Below, piece after piece: positions 23,315 through 34,597 of a stretch of 64,000 nucleotides of DNA (position 1 is its first letter; each line of letters opens with the position of its first letter). Below the pieces are notes generated by a model, which saw nothing but the letters and a program-made list of their open reading frames with translations, searched no databases and was not told where the DNA came from. The stretch lies in NCBI GenBank assembly GCA_000004985.1, contig GG738857.1, one strand, 5' to 3'. Source of the stretch: Naegleria gruberi. Lineage: Eukaryota. Both the position numbers and the translations under genes were made by a program.

Positions 23315-24470
23315 TTATCCAGTATTAGCCATGACAGAAATTGTACAGGTTGCACTTGTTAACATTTTGAGGGTGTGTGTTACTTCTCCATCCTCACCAA
23401 CTGCAATACTTGTTGGGGCAATAGTTGCATTGAAGTAGGAACAGGAGTTGCAATTATTGCAAGACCATTGACAATCTTGATGTAAAACTTGTAGGCAATG
23501 TATCTGGAATGGTGTTAATTGAAGCATGTTCAGAATTCTGAAAAAAGCAAGTCCTGTTGGTTGAGTAAGAAGAGTATCAGTAATATTGATACCATTTCCA
23601 AAGTTCCTTCTTGTCCACCAATAAGTAATGATAGTCTTATTGGTAATTGATAGCTTTCTAATTCTAAAGTTATGAGTATCTACTATATAGATAAACTCAT
23701 CCATACCTTCCACTGAGTAGACAATTTGACTTGAGTAAAAACTCAAGAGTTGAAAGAACATCATCAGTGCAAACAGAGTCCAAATTGTTGATAGCAAATG
23801 TTGGAAAGTGTAAATCTTTTTGATAAATCAATTGCTTTCTATTGCCTCTTTCTCCTCTGTATGTGTAAGAGAACCATCTATTGTAAATGTCTACACTCAA
23901 ATCAAACGGTAAAATCAGCTTTTAATCAGTGAGAATGAACATAGTTTCCCTTGGAGGATCATATTTCAAAATGAATTCACCTTCAGAGTTGTAAGGATTT
24001 AGATGGCAACAGTTGCTGTTGTGTAGACAACCTTAATACTTGCTAAATCTTCTAAAACAGTTCCATCAACAACAGTTACTATTTCTTGCATCACAGTTTC
24101 TAATTAATGGCAGGACTTTAAGTCTTGATAGAATGTATAGCACCAACCAAATTGAAATGTGAAGAGATTACACTCATAAACATCAAATTCTCTGACATCA
24201 TTTTCCAAAACTGATTATTTCAAATTATTATTTTGGTGAAGATTTCACCTTAAATGTTCCATGGTGTCAATTATGAAATGGAATTAAGGTAAAATTTCAA
24301 ATAAATCGTAGGTACTTACATTTATTACCCTGTTGCTGCTCCCACTCCAACTTATTAATTAAACACATCACAATCATATATAATACCCAACAAGATAGCA
24401 ACGTATTCAGGAGTAAATAACAAAAAGCAACAGCAAGTGATGAGGTAGGAGCCAAACAAGCAGCATACTT
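23315..24470 (-). CDS. Putative NHL-repeat protein, multi-exon, N-terminal hydrophobic leader; structure unresolved
   Basis: ORF 23315-23797 contains FIYIVDTHNFRIRKLS (NHL-repeat-like, compare YVADTGNHRIRKI). A GTAAGT...TTTAAG intron lies near 24243-24313. MLLVWLLPHHLLLLFVIYS-like start near 24470. Confidence 0.25.
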
Positions 24471-25232
24471 TTTCTCCTTTTCAGTACCAGTTGATCTAAA
24501 CTAATACTTCATTCAAATGCGTGCGGAATCATCGTAAAAGCCTGCTGTTGGTTGTTATTTCACAATCCTCCGATATACTTGAAAATAGTCATGATGATTC
24601 ATCAATAGAATTTAGTGATGAAAAAAAGGAGACCCTCTTTGATGAAGTTTTCCATAGACGATTACTTGCTGTTGGTGTTGAAGTGGTGTGTTTGTATGTT
24701 GCAGTATTAAATCATTTTTTGTTTGATCTCTCTAAATTATTGTTGAAAATCATAGGTTCTTCTTCTAAATAAATCATTCCTTACTAGATGTTTTCTGACA
24801 TAATAAGAAACATTACATCCCAAAACACAACATCATCTCCTTGAGAATTTGTTGTGAGTTTACCTCGTAGTAAAACAATTACTTCAATTTTGGAATAATT
24901 ATAAAACACCTCTACATGAAAAGAACTTTCTTATAAAAGAACTCAACCTAAGAGACGAGGTAGGATGTGATGTTACTAATTATTGTTGGGAGGTAATAAT
25001 TTTTGGTCGTTGGTTTGTCAGTTGGTGATGGTATTTTTTTCGATAAAGCTATCCAACGTCATAACTTTACAACTTTTATTACAAAAAGCAAAATGAAACG
25101 CGGTGCTTATTATGTAACGTACTACCGGTTGCTCAACTCTAGAAATAGAGTGTTGCACTTATCTTTAATTTAAAAAAACTACTAGGTCATAACCACACGG
25201 AGCACAAAAAAAACAGCAAGAGTGGAAAACAG

Positions 25233-28200
25233 ATGAAACACCACAACAAGGTCCTATTCACCACGATTTTATTGTGTTGCTTCTACTTTTATTGGAAATC
25301 ATCATTTGTTTCATCATCAATATTATCAACTGTATCACCTTCTTCTGGTTTTAATCCTCATCACCAAACACCCATTAACAGTAAAATACTAATACCAGAT
25401 ATTTATCGAGAATTTAGTGATGCACATAGAGAAGCTGCTGTAGCGGATTCACAATTTCCTTCTACTTTTGAATATTATCAAGAAGAACAACATTATGTAA
25501 ATAGTACCCTTGTAGATAACTTAAAGAAACGTTATGAACAGTTGGCACATGATCATGGCAGAAGAAGATCTTTGGAAGGTTCTAATGATGAAAGTAATTA
25601 TCTGGCATCAGAAGAATTGTGGACAGAATATATCAAGACGACTATTTATTTGAATTATACCTTCTACATGTCAGCGAATGGGGGTGGTAGTGCCGATCAA
25701 CCAAATTGTACAATGGAATTTCCTTGTGCAAGCATTGCTGATTTAATGAAAGGAATTGATAAGAGAGTGTTTGTCAAGTCGAATGAATACTTTCTCTACT
25801 TGTTCTCAATGAAGAGATTTATCATTGTTAATGTAGTTTTCATGGATGACATGCTGCAGTTGGAATGTGATTCTCCAAAAAACTCATTCCTTCGATTGCC
25901 AATTATGAATGTCATGTTCATGTTTAGATTTAGTAGTTTTAGTAATTTAGAGAGGAGGACAATTTCATGTGGTGAGAAACAGGGACTTTTATTCGATAGT
26001 ACTAGAAGAGACATTTTAATGATCTTGGTTTCAAACCTTAATTTACGATTTGTCTATTTTAGAAATGATTACTTTCTCAATTTTGGAATTCATCATAGCT
26101 CAAGTTTTGTACTTTTTGTTGTCAACGTGGATATACAAAACCCAAAACATCTAATTGTGGAATATTGTGATCTTGAGCAGTCAGCATTTGCTTACAGAAA
26201 ATCAGATCTTGCAGTATTTTCCTTTTCCAAATTCACATACTACAATACTATTAGTCTGTATGCAGCAGCAGATATTCAGATGGCTGTTTTGGAAGTGAGT
26301 GGTATTTTGAAAACTGACTTTTTGAATGTGCAACAATTCTTGCTTTATAGATCCAATTTCAAACGTCATTCAATCATTTTCTTTATTACAGGTAGTGGAA
26401 TTATTCATGTTGAAGATTGCCGTTTTGAAGATCAATCAGTTCAGAGTGTCATGTTTGATGTCACTAAAGGGCAAACTTTCCAATTTTTCAATAACTATGT
26501 GAAAGGAAATATTGTTGTCTTGGATGTTAAGGCTCAGACTCTTATATCAATTATTAATTCTACCTTCATTGAGAATGATATACCAACACTAAATAATTCA
26601 AAACGGTTCCAACTGTATCAGTCTTACAATTCTCCTGTAAATTTTAAAAGTAGTTTAATTCTTTCCATTCAAAATTCAACATTTGACAATAATTTTGGAG
26701 AGAAAGGAGCACATGCTTATGTACAAGATGTAATAGAAATACGTGTTGAAGGATCCAAGTTCTTGAATGGAAGAGGCAGTGCTTTGGTAATTGACACAAT
26801 GCCATCTTCTGACTTGTATAGATATTTAATCTTTGTTTCCAACTCTTTATTCGAAAATAATGAATCACCAGATTATGGTGGTGCTTTTAGAATCTTATAC
26901 TCAATTCAAGCAAACTTCATGAATTGTATCTTTAGAAATAATGTGGCTTATTATGCTGGTGGTGCTCTCAATTTTTTGTTGGCAAATGTGATTACTCTTA
27001 ATGGAACAATATTTGAAAGAAATAGGGCCTTATTTGGAGAAGAAACACCTGACAATGAGCTTTTTTATCGAGGTTCTGGTGGCGCAATTTCTATCTCTCG
27101 ATCACCTCAACCACTTAATATTAATGGTGCAACTTTCATTGAAAATGAAGCATATGCAGGAGGTGCCTTATTTTTCACTGGTGTTGGAGTTGATACTGTC
27201 TCAAATTGTTTATTCAGAAAGAATAGAGCTACGAATACAGGAGGGGCAATTTTCCATTTTGCACAACTCAATATGACACAGCCCAAGTTCAGTAATGTGA
27301 TATTTGATCAAAACAGTGCTGCAGTTTATGGTAATGACTTTTTCGCATCAGTCAATGAAATGATGAAGGAAGAAACTTACCTTTCCATCTATCCAGGACA
27401 AACAATTTTCATACCAATGACCACTTTTACAAATAATGTACAGGTGCCTTGCAATGTAGATCGTTTCGTTGTTGCTTCTGCAGAGTATCCAGATCTTTAT
27501 TTCCATGTTAAGGAATTGGCTGAGGGTTTAAATATTACCCTTTTAATTTTAAATGGTACACTGCCAGAGTATGCTGGAATAGCTTTGAATACCACAGTTA
27601 AAGTGGAACAAACCTATGAAAGTGGATGGTTTTCAGAGTTTACCATTCTTCCTTGTCCAGATGGATACGAGTACAAGTTCAGTAACAATTTTGGAGTTGC
27701 TGCCTATATGTGTGTATCTGGTAATGCCCTAACTTGGAAGGAAATTGTTGCTATTACTGTTCCAGCAGGTTTTGCATTCTTTATTATGGGAACTTTTTCT
27801 GGAATTTTTGTTCTTTTTATGTTTATGAAAATTGTGAGACGATTGAGAATTTTGTCAAGCAAAGAAAAAGCAGAAAAGGCAGTAGCTCAAAGAATTATTG
27901 ACAAGAGAATTGTTTTTGGAAGTGATTATGAGCCATCCAAATCTAATGACACCAATTATTTTGATACTCTTTCTGCACCATTGTTGGCTTCAAATGAAGT
28001 TGAACTGAAAATCAGCAGACGAGTACGAGATTTCCTTATTCCTATCGAAGCCATAGAAATCATCTCAAAGGTTGCTGAAGGTGGACAAGGTGTAGTTTAT
28101 GTTGCCCTCTTGTATGGAAAGACAAAGGTTGCTGTGAAATCTTTGAAAAAACTAATGAGTGATGGAAATGATGTTAATGATACAGATGACGAGTTTGAGA

Positions 28201-29018
28201 AGGAAGTCTCAATTTTATACAGTCTTAGACATCAAAATATTTTAAAGTTTTTTGGAATTGCATTGACAGAGGATAGCAAATACATGATTACTGAATATTT
28301 GGAGAATGGTTCACTGGAAAGAATGATTTATAAATTAAGAATTGGAAAGGCATCTCTCACATTAAAGCAAAAGCTAATCATCTTGCAAGATATTTGCTCT
28401 GGATTGGAATATTTACACTCTCTTGAACCACCAATAGTTCACAGAGATTTGAAACCAGGCAATGTCCTTTTTGATTCAGATTATAGATGTAAGATTTGTG
28501 ATTTTGGATTGAGTAGAGCTGTTGGTAATTTAAACACTAACAATTCAATGACCAGAGGAATAGGTACATTACTTTATTCAAGTCCAGAGAGTTGGACCTC
28601 TTCGACGAGTGATATTGGAAATTCACAGGACAAGATACTGAAAGCTACCAAGGGAGATGTCTACAGCTTTGGAATAATGATGCACGAGCTATTCTTTGAA
28701 TTATCTCCCTATTCACAATCTTCAAAAATTGGTAGCAATCTTACGGATGACCAAAACATGATTAATGTCCTAGCTCATGTTGCTAGAGGAAACAGACCTC
28801 TCATTCCATTCAAAAACGCAGATCAAGTTAGAGAATGGTTACAACTCTATCCTTTACAACCGTACACAGTGAGTATGAGTCTTTGTCAAATAGTATTGGA
28901 CTATTTCAAATTGACTGCTCAATGTTGGGATGAAAAGCCAGAAATGAGACCTTCAATCAAGGAAGTGGGTGATGAACTTAAAAGACTTTTATTTGAATTA
29001 TCAGCAAATTGTGAATAA
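25233..29018 (+). CDS. Receptor-like protein kinase: signal peptide, extracellular parallel beta-helix (Pmp-type GGA[ILV]/FxxN repeats), one TM helix, cytoplasmic Ser/Thr (TKL-like) kinase domain
   Basis: Repeated GGAFRI/GGALNF/GGAISI/GGALFF/GGAIFHF with FENN/FRNN/FERN/FIEN/FRKN/FDQN motifs. TM helix ITVPAGFAFFIMGTFSGIFVLFMFM. Kinase motifs VAVK, HRDLKPGNVLF, DFGLSR, SPE. 1261-aa intronless ORF, TAA stop. Confidence 0.8.
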   Translation: MKHHNKVLFTTILLCCFYFYWKSSFVSSSILSTVSPSSGFNPHHQTPINSKILIPDIYREFSDAHREAAVADSQFPSTFEYYQEEQHYVNSTLVDNLKKRYEQLAHDHGRRRSLEGSNDESNYLASEELWTEYIKTTIYLNYTFYMSANGGGSADQPNCTMEFPCASIADLMKGIDKRVFVKSNEYFLYLFSMKRFIIVNVVFMDDMLQLECDSPKNSFLRLPIMNVMFMFRFSSFSNLERRTISCGEKQGLLFDSTRRDILMILVSNLNLRFVYFRNDYFLNFGIHHSSSFVLFVVNVDIQNPKHLIVEYCDLEQSAFAYRKSDLAVFSFSKFTYYNTISLYAAADIQMAVLEVSGILKTDFLNVQQFLLYRSNFKRHSIIFFITGSGIIHVEDCRFEDQSVQSVMFDVTKGQTFQFFNNYVKGNIVVLDVKAQTLISIINSTFIENDIPTLNNSKRFQLYQSYNSPVNFKSSLILSIQNSTFDNNFGEKGAHAYVQDVIEIRVEGSKFLNGRGSALVIDTMPSSDLYRYLIFVSNSLFENNESPDYGGAFRILYSIQANFMNCIFRNNVAYYAGGALNFLLANVITLNGTIFERNRALFGEETPDNELFYRGSGGAISISRSPQPLNINGATFIENEAYAGGALFFTGVGVDTVSNCLFRKNRATNTGGAIFHFAQLNMTQPKFSNVIFDQNSAAVYGNDFFASVNEMMKEETYLSIYPGQTIFIPMTTFTNNVQVPCNVDRFVVASAEYPDLYFHVKELAEGLNITLLILNGTLPEYAGIALNTTVKVEQTYESGWFSEFTILPCPDGYEYKFSNNFGVAAYMCVSGNALTWKEIVAITVPAGFAFFIMGTFSGIFVLFMFMKIVRRLRILSSKEKAEKAVAQRIIDKRIVFGSDYEPSKSNDTNYFDTLSAPLLASNEVELKISRRVRDFLIPIEAIEIISKVAEGGQGVVYVALLYGKTKVAVKSLKKLMSDGNDVNDTDDEFEKEVSILYSLRHQNILKFFGIALTEDSKYMITEYLENGSLERMIYKLRIGKASLTLKQKLIILQDICSGLEYLHSLEPPIVHRDLKPGNVLFDSDYRCKICDFGLSRAVGNLNTNNSMTRGIGTLLYSSPESWTSSTSDIGNSQDKILKATKGDVYSFGIMMHELFFELSPYSQSSKIGSNLTDDQNMINVLAHVARGNRPLIPFKNADQVREWLQLYPLQPYTVSMSLCQIVLDYFKLTAQCWDEKPEMRPSIKEVGDELKRLLFELSANCE

Positions 29019-29096
29019 GGTCATTACGTATTTCTAATGGAATCAATACAATTAAACAATTTAATTGATAAAAACAAGATTCAATTATTTCTTGAA

Positions 29097-30782
29097 TTAT
29101 TTTGAGGTTAGTTTGCCCATTAGATATTCTAATGTGTGAGGAGAGAAGGTTTCTTCGTGAGAGTTTGGTTCAATGTACTCTGAATACATATTCTCTAGAA
29201 GATTGTAAATTTTTTGAACTGTTACATTATGCTTTTCACAAAATTCCAAAAAGTCTTTGAATTTTCTTGCCAGTTCAGTATTTTTGAAGGTATAATAATA
29301 CATTGGTTTTTCGCAATGGCAAGTGACAATTAATTGAATGATAAACTTGAGTTCGTGATCACTATTGAATGCTCCACCTCCCCAGTTACCTGTAGAAATA
29401 TTCGAATAGAAATTCAATCCATAATTCTTTCTAATAGAACAGAATGCAGAATAGGCCTTGATAATTTCTCTATCTATACAATCAATCTTCCACTGTTTCA
29501 ATTTTTCATTCGTATAGTAATATTTAGAATCGAATGCAACAATTTGTGATTTGAAGCAAAATAGATGTTCGCTTTCCTTCTCATAATTTCCATCAATAAA
29601 GTCTCCCTTATAGAGGAGTGATTTGGCATATCCTTGATGTGAACTAAACTGCTCTGTTCCACAAATTAATAATGACTCATTATTCGAAAGCTTTTCAACA
29701 ATCAACCTAGAGATGATACATTCAGGACTGAGTGCAAATCTAATTTCCTCCTGAACGGCTCCTCCTCTTAAAACTCCTCCTCCAATGTACTTGTTTGCAA
29801 AGTCACTGTGAATGGCATTTTCACAATCCTCAATTGATCCTTCTGGAAGAACAATCACTTGATTGTTTGATATTTCAACAGTTGATTGTTGAATTTGACA
29901 AATGACTTGATATGGCTCTACTTTCTTTCTAATAAATGTCACATAGCCAAATCTTTTAATTTCCTCAATTCCTCTCTCACATAATCTCTCAAAATAATGG
30001 ATAATCATCAAGAGTTTGGAGCTACTTGCAATGTATGGATTGATAAACAGAGTATCCATGTTAATACTTGTAATTTTCAAGGTTCCTTCCTTTACATCTC
30101 CCAATCTTGAAAATGTACAAAAGAAACTATTTGCCAATATACAAGCACATTCCAATTTAGTCAATTTCACAGCTCTTGATTCATTATTAATTGATGACTT
30201 GTTCAATTCCTCCAATATTGGCAGTAATCCTTCATTCAACACTATAGTTGACTGTCTCTGACATTCATGTTCATACAAATCACCAGCATACGATCCAAGA
30301 ATGCTCTCAGATTTCAAAACCAACTCAATGATGAATGGCAATGTTTCAGTAAAAAACTTTGGACGTCCTTCCCACTTTGCACTACTCTTCTCATCCAATA
30401 ACATACTCAATAGATTAATATCTTGAACTAGAACTGATTCCACTTGTTTCTTATCATGTGATTGATAGGAAATTTTCTGAATTTTCCTCACAATTGCAGC
30501 AAATTCAGCACTTGATGAAATTTCGCTCTCTTTCAAAATATTTGCAATTTCCGTCCATGAATTCTTCATCATGAAGGGAAATACAACATGTGCTGAAGAG
30601 GAAAAATTGTATTTCCCTTCCGAATTTGTAAATTTTTGTTTGGTAAATTGTGAATTATATTTCCTAGAATTTGCTTTGAATTTTTCTGATTTTTCTTCAT
30701 GTTCTTCTTGCTGTGTTGTGATCAAATCTGACAAATCGCGTTTCTTCTCCGAAGCATGATGCAACGACCTGAATAACGGCAT
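29097..30782 (-). CDS. Poly(ADP-ribose) glycohydrolase (PARG)
   Basis: PARG catalytic signature GGGVLRGGAVQEEIRF and TGNWGGGAFNSDHELKFIIQ. The track start at 30818 is GTG; the first ATG is 30782 (MPLFRSLHH...). TAA stop. Confidence 0.8.
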   Translation of the reverse strand: MPLFRSLHHASEKKRDLSDLITTQQEEHEEKSEKFKANSRKYNSQFTKQKFTNSEGKYNFSSSAHVVFPFMMKNSWTEIANILKESEISSSAEFAAIVRKIQKISYQSHDKKQVESVLVQDINLLSMLLDEKSSAKWEGRPKFFTETLPFIIELVLKSESILGSYAGDLYEHECQRQSTIVLNEGLLPILEELNKSSINNESRAVKLTKLECACILANSFFCTFSRLGDVKEGTLKITSINMDTLFINPYIASSSKLLMIIHYFERLCERGIEEIKRFGYVTFIRKKVEPYQVICQIQQSTVEISNNQVIVLPEGSIEDCENAIHSDFANKYIGGGVLRGGAVQEEIRFALSPECIISRLIVEKLSNNESLLICGTEQFSSHQGYAKSLLYKGDFIDGNYEKESEHLFCFKSQIVAFDSKYYYTNEKLKQWKIDCIDREIIKAYSAFCSIRKNYGLNFYSNISTGNWGGGAFNSDHELKFIIQLIVTCHCEKPMYYYTFKNTELARKFKDFLEFCEKHNVTVQKIYNLLENMYSEYIEPNSHEETFSPHTLEYLMGKLTSK

Positions 30783-30872
30783 TTTTTTTATATAGAGTTT
30801 ACAATCAAATTTACACACAACCTAGTTCAATATTTGTTTCCTCCTTAAATACATGATAAAAATTGATTCTCT

Positions 30873-32891
30873 TTATTTATCCCTATTCAATTTCAACAAT
30901 TCCAACTCTTTCAACTCAGAATCAATTTCCTCTCTCTTTGTATCAATCACTTTTTGCCTCATGAGAATTCTTCCCTTCTCATAATGTTGATCGTCACATC
31001 TTTTCAATTCATAGGTCCAACCAAACAATGACAATGAATAGATAATCCATTTGCCAGGATCGAAATGATACCAACGAACTCCATTTCTATAATCGTATGC
31101 AAATGTGTGATGGAAATTGTGATATCCCTCACCAAATGTTAACAAGCTCACAAAATATGAGTCACGAGCTGTGTGATCGTCGTTGAATGTGGCATCTCCC
31201 CATGAGTGAGCTAAACTATTGATAAAGAAGGTACAATGTTGGAGAATGGTTTTGGATAAAACTCCGGCAATGAGGAAACCACCTTTCCAATCTCCCCAAA
31301 AGTATCCTGCAACGAAAGTTGGACAAACGTAGCCAAAGAAGATGGCCAAATAGGGATAGTATTTGTGTTGGAAGACACAGTATGGATCACTTGTTAAATC
31401 GGGAATATTTGAGTGGTCAACTGGACGATTTTTCATTAACCAACCCATGTGAGCATGAAAGAATGAATTCTTGATATTGTAAGGATCTCTTTCAGTATCA
31501 ATGAACTTGTGATGTCTTCTGTGATCACTATATGAAATTTAGAAATAGTTTCGAATAGAATAAACTTACCTAGACCAACTAATGGCACTTCCTTGAAAGG
31601 CAGCACTTCCAATCAAGAGAAACGCCAAGCGAACAGGAAGATTAGCCTTACACGACAAGTGAGCAAAGAATCTATGATAACCAGTTGAAATTCCAATACC
31701 AGACGAATACATGGAAACAAAGCTCAATAAATATGTTTTCCAATTGAATGGACATGTGAAAATTCCATAAATGGAAACAATGATAGAGCCAATCAAGTAG
31801 ATGGAAATGATATAGTCAATATTACGTAAATCTAAATAATCGACAATATCTGAATAATCGTATTCATGTTGGTTTCCATTAAATGAGACGAAATCTAACC
31901 ATGTAATAGAATCAGATTTTCTACCACCAATCAATTCCAATTGCTTTCCAAACTTTTCTTCCAAAACCTTAACGCTTTCTCTCCATTTAGTTTGTGGAAC
32001 AGCAGCTGAGAGTTTACAAAGCAATTGATCTTTAACTTCAATTGTTTTGTAAAAGTGTCCATACCATTTAAAGGCAATTTTGTAATTATTCAAAGAATAA
32101 CTAGTCAAGAATTCGATAATCAAAGGAAGAGAAACAACACCAGTGAATTCTTCACCCTTCTTCTTATTGGCCTCGTTCATCTTCATCATGATTGAGTTGA
32201 TCAAATGGAAAGCCATCAATGGAGCCAAGTAATATTTAAACAAAGTCCAGAATCCACCAAACCAAACCATGAAATAGGTAAAGAAAGATGCGAATAGAAT
32301 CAAGACAATGGAATTGGTAATCTTATTGAAAGTATTTCCTTTTGTGTCAAAGTAAATATTGGTAACAATGCATTCCCAAATTGAGGTAAAGAACCAGAGA
32401 GGACTCTTTGCTAATTTGAGCATGGCACCAAACATGAAGTGTGGTTGTGAACTTTCTTGTGGATAGGTCTTGAGATATTTCACATTTTCGAATGGATACA
32501 ACAATGGCAACATGCAAACTAAACCAACCAATTGGTTAAGCCATTCAGGAAGTGTCTTGACATTGAAGAATTGATTAGTGGAACAACCATACGCAACAGA
32601 AACCAATCGACAAGCACAAAATCCCAAGAAAATCCAACAAATTGGAAGTAAATACCAAGGAATGTTTACAACAAACAAAACACCAATGAGAATTAAGAGT
32701 AAAGTCATGGACAATTGGATGGCAGCTTTGAAATTTGAAGGGGTAAAGCTACCTTCTACATGTTTCAGAGCTTCATTATGAAGAATGGAATCTTCACTAT
32801 TGGCAGCAAACTCAGTTTTTACACTGGCAGCTGTCAGAGAGGTAACAGATGACATTTTTTTGGGATGATATTGAGGATAATAATCACTCAT
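30873..32891 (-). CDS. Acyl-CoA delta-9 desaturase (stearoyl-CoA desaturase family) fused to a ~330-aa multi-TM N-terminal domain of unknown family; join(complement(31570..32891),complement(30873..31527))
   Basis: Three histidine boxes in SCD order: GYHRFFAH, WSSDHRRHHKF (restored by removing a 42-nt GTAAGT...TATAG intron at 31528-31569), HNFHHTFAYDY. The N-terminal ~330 aa upstream of desaturase TM1/TM2 form one continuous frame from ATG 32891. Confidence 0.75.
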
Positions 32892-33356
32892 TGATGTTAT
32901 AACAGCAAGATATGCCTTTTCAATTGCAAATTGCTCTTATTCTTCAACATTGTGTTTGGAAGTTTGAAGATTGTTGAATGTTTTTTGTGCGATAAAGTGT
33001 CCACAAAATTTTGTAAAGTTTTGAGACATCAATTTTATTGTAATGCGTGTATTTACAGTCTGTAGAAATTATTTGGGTAAATATTGAATGAGTCATTGAG
33101 GGTTTATTACAATTATGAATTGGTTCTAAAAAGGACACATGTTAAATTTCATTAAAGCTAAAGTTTATTCTGATTCAGAATTATAAAACTGAAAACAATG
33201 AGTATGGATATATTAGTTCGTGATCAAGGTTACTGGAAAGATCCTTCATCATTACTGAATAACAGTCGTTTCATTTCTGTTTACGAAATTCTCAATGAAA
33301 CAGTTTCGAATGACGATTTGAATAATTACAATAACGATAGACACATTCTAATTTCC

Positions 33357-33406
33357 NNNNNNNNNNNNNNNNNNNNNNNNNNNNNNNNNNNNNNNNNNNN
33401 NNNNNN
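33357..33406. other. Assembly gap (50 N)
   Basis: Run of N in the sequence. Confidence 0.99.
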
Positions 33407-33478
33407 CGTTATTTTATATGAACATGTTAAACTCAATTATTTCACTCTTCTGAAAAATGTAAAGATTTTACATTTAGA

Positions 33479-34531
33479 ATGGAAAGACCCCAATGTGGAG
33501 GGTTTATAAATTTTGAAAATGTAAGCAATTTAACAAAACTAGAAGCAAAGAGTATTCCCAAATATATATATGCAAAATTCAACTCTTCTCTAAGGGAATT
33601 GCACCTGTCAATGTCATCTTTCAATCTAGACAATAATTTTGATAATTTGAAAAAATTGGAACTCATCAATGTTGGAAATTTATTAAGAGCCACCAGCACT
33701 ACATTTCCCTCCTTGGAATATGCCTATTGTACGAATTGTAATTTTTCCTTTAATGGAATTGAGTTTTTTTCCCAAAGCAAAAATTTGAAGAATTTGATTT
33801 TGAGGTGGTGTGATCTAGGAAAGGTGGAAACAGCCGAATTTCATTGTAGAGAATTGGAAGAATTGGATCTGACTACTGAGAATCCAATTAATCTTGATCT
33901 TTCGACATTGAGAGGACTAAACTTGAAGAAGCTCACAATTTATCCGAAATATATCAATAACCAAATAGATCTTTCCGTAATTGAGCAAATGGCAAGTTTG
34001 GAATATCTGAATTTAGGCGAATATTATGAAAATCTATCATTTTCCCAATTGACCAAATTGAATTATTTAGAATTTCGAAAAATTCGCATTTCAAAAAAGA
34101 ATCTAAAGGTAGAAAATTTGCTTTATGAAAATTTACTAAGAAATTGCGTCATTTACTTTAATAGTATAACCATTGAAGAGCATTGCATGCCATTTCCAAT
34201 TTTATTCGAAAGTGGAACTTTGGAAGGATCATTATTCGAATTAATTGCTTTGAAATTGAGAGAGCTCTGTATTGGTGTGAAAGGTGTGAAATTTGCCTTA
34301 ATGTCAGAGAAATTTATCTATGTTTCGTTTAATAGACAATCAAAGAATAAGCTATATTCGTATCCAAGTTTTATTCTATTCGAAACTGAAAGTCCGAACA
34401 GAATTTTGGAGCACAGAAGAAGTTTGGAAAAGAAACAAGAATTTTTTAATTTTACATCAAGTATCGAATATTTAATGCAACTGAAAAATTATTCTACTGT
34501 ACGAAATGGACGAAAGTGTGAAATTCAGTGA
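33479..34531 (+). CDS. LRR-like protein, paralog of the 35361-36497 gene
   Basis: Shares LELINVGN...FPSLEYAYCTNCNFSFNGIEFFSQSKNLKNLILRWCDL and the C-terminal ...RKCEIQ* with its paralog. Leucine-rich periodicity. The 5' end may be affected by the upstream gap. Confidence 0.5.
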   Translation: MERPQCGGFINFENVSNLTKLEAKSIPKYIYAKFNSSLRELHLSMSSFNLDNNFDNLKKLELINVGNLLRATSTTFPSLEYAYCTNCNFSFNGIEFFSQSKNLKNLILRWCDLGKVETAEFHCRELEELDLTTENPINLDLSTLRGLNLKKLTIYPKYINNQIDLSVIEQMASLEYLNLGEYYENLSFSQLTKLNYLEFRKIRISKKNLKVENLLYENLLRNCVIYFNSITIEEHCMPFPILFESGTLEGSLFELIALKLRELCIGVKGVKFALMSEKFIYVSFNRQSKNKLYSYPSFILFETESPNRILEHRRSLEKKQEFFNFTSSIEYLMQLKNYSTVRNGRKCEIQ

Positions 34532-34597
34532 ACTAGTGAACATTCGAATATAATTTTCATTTAATATTTAAAATAATTAAAAACTAAACTAAAAAAA

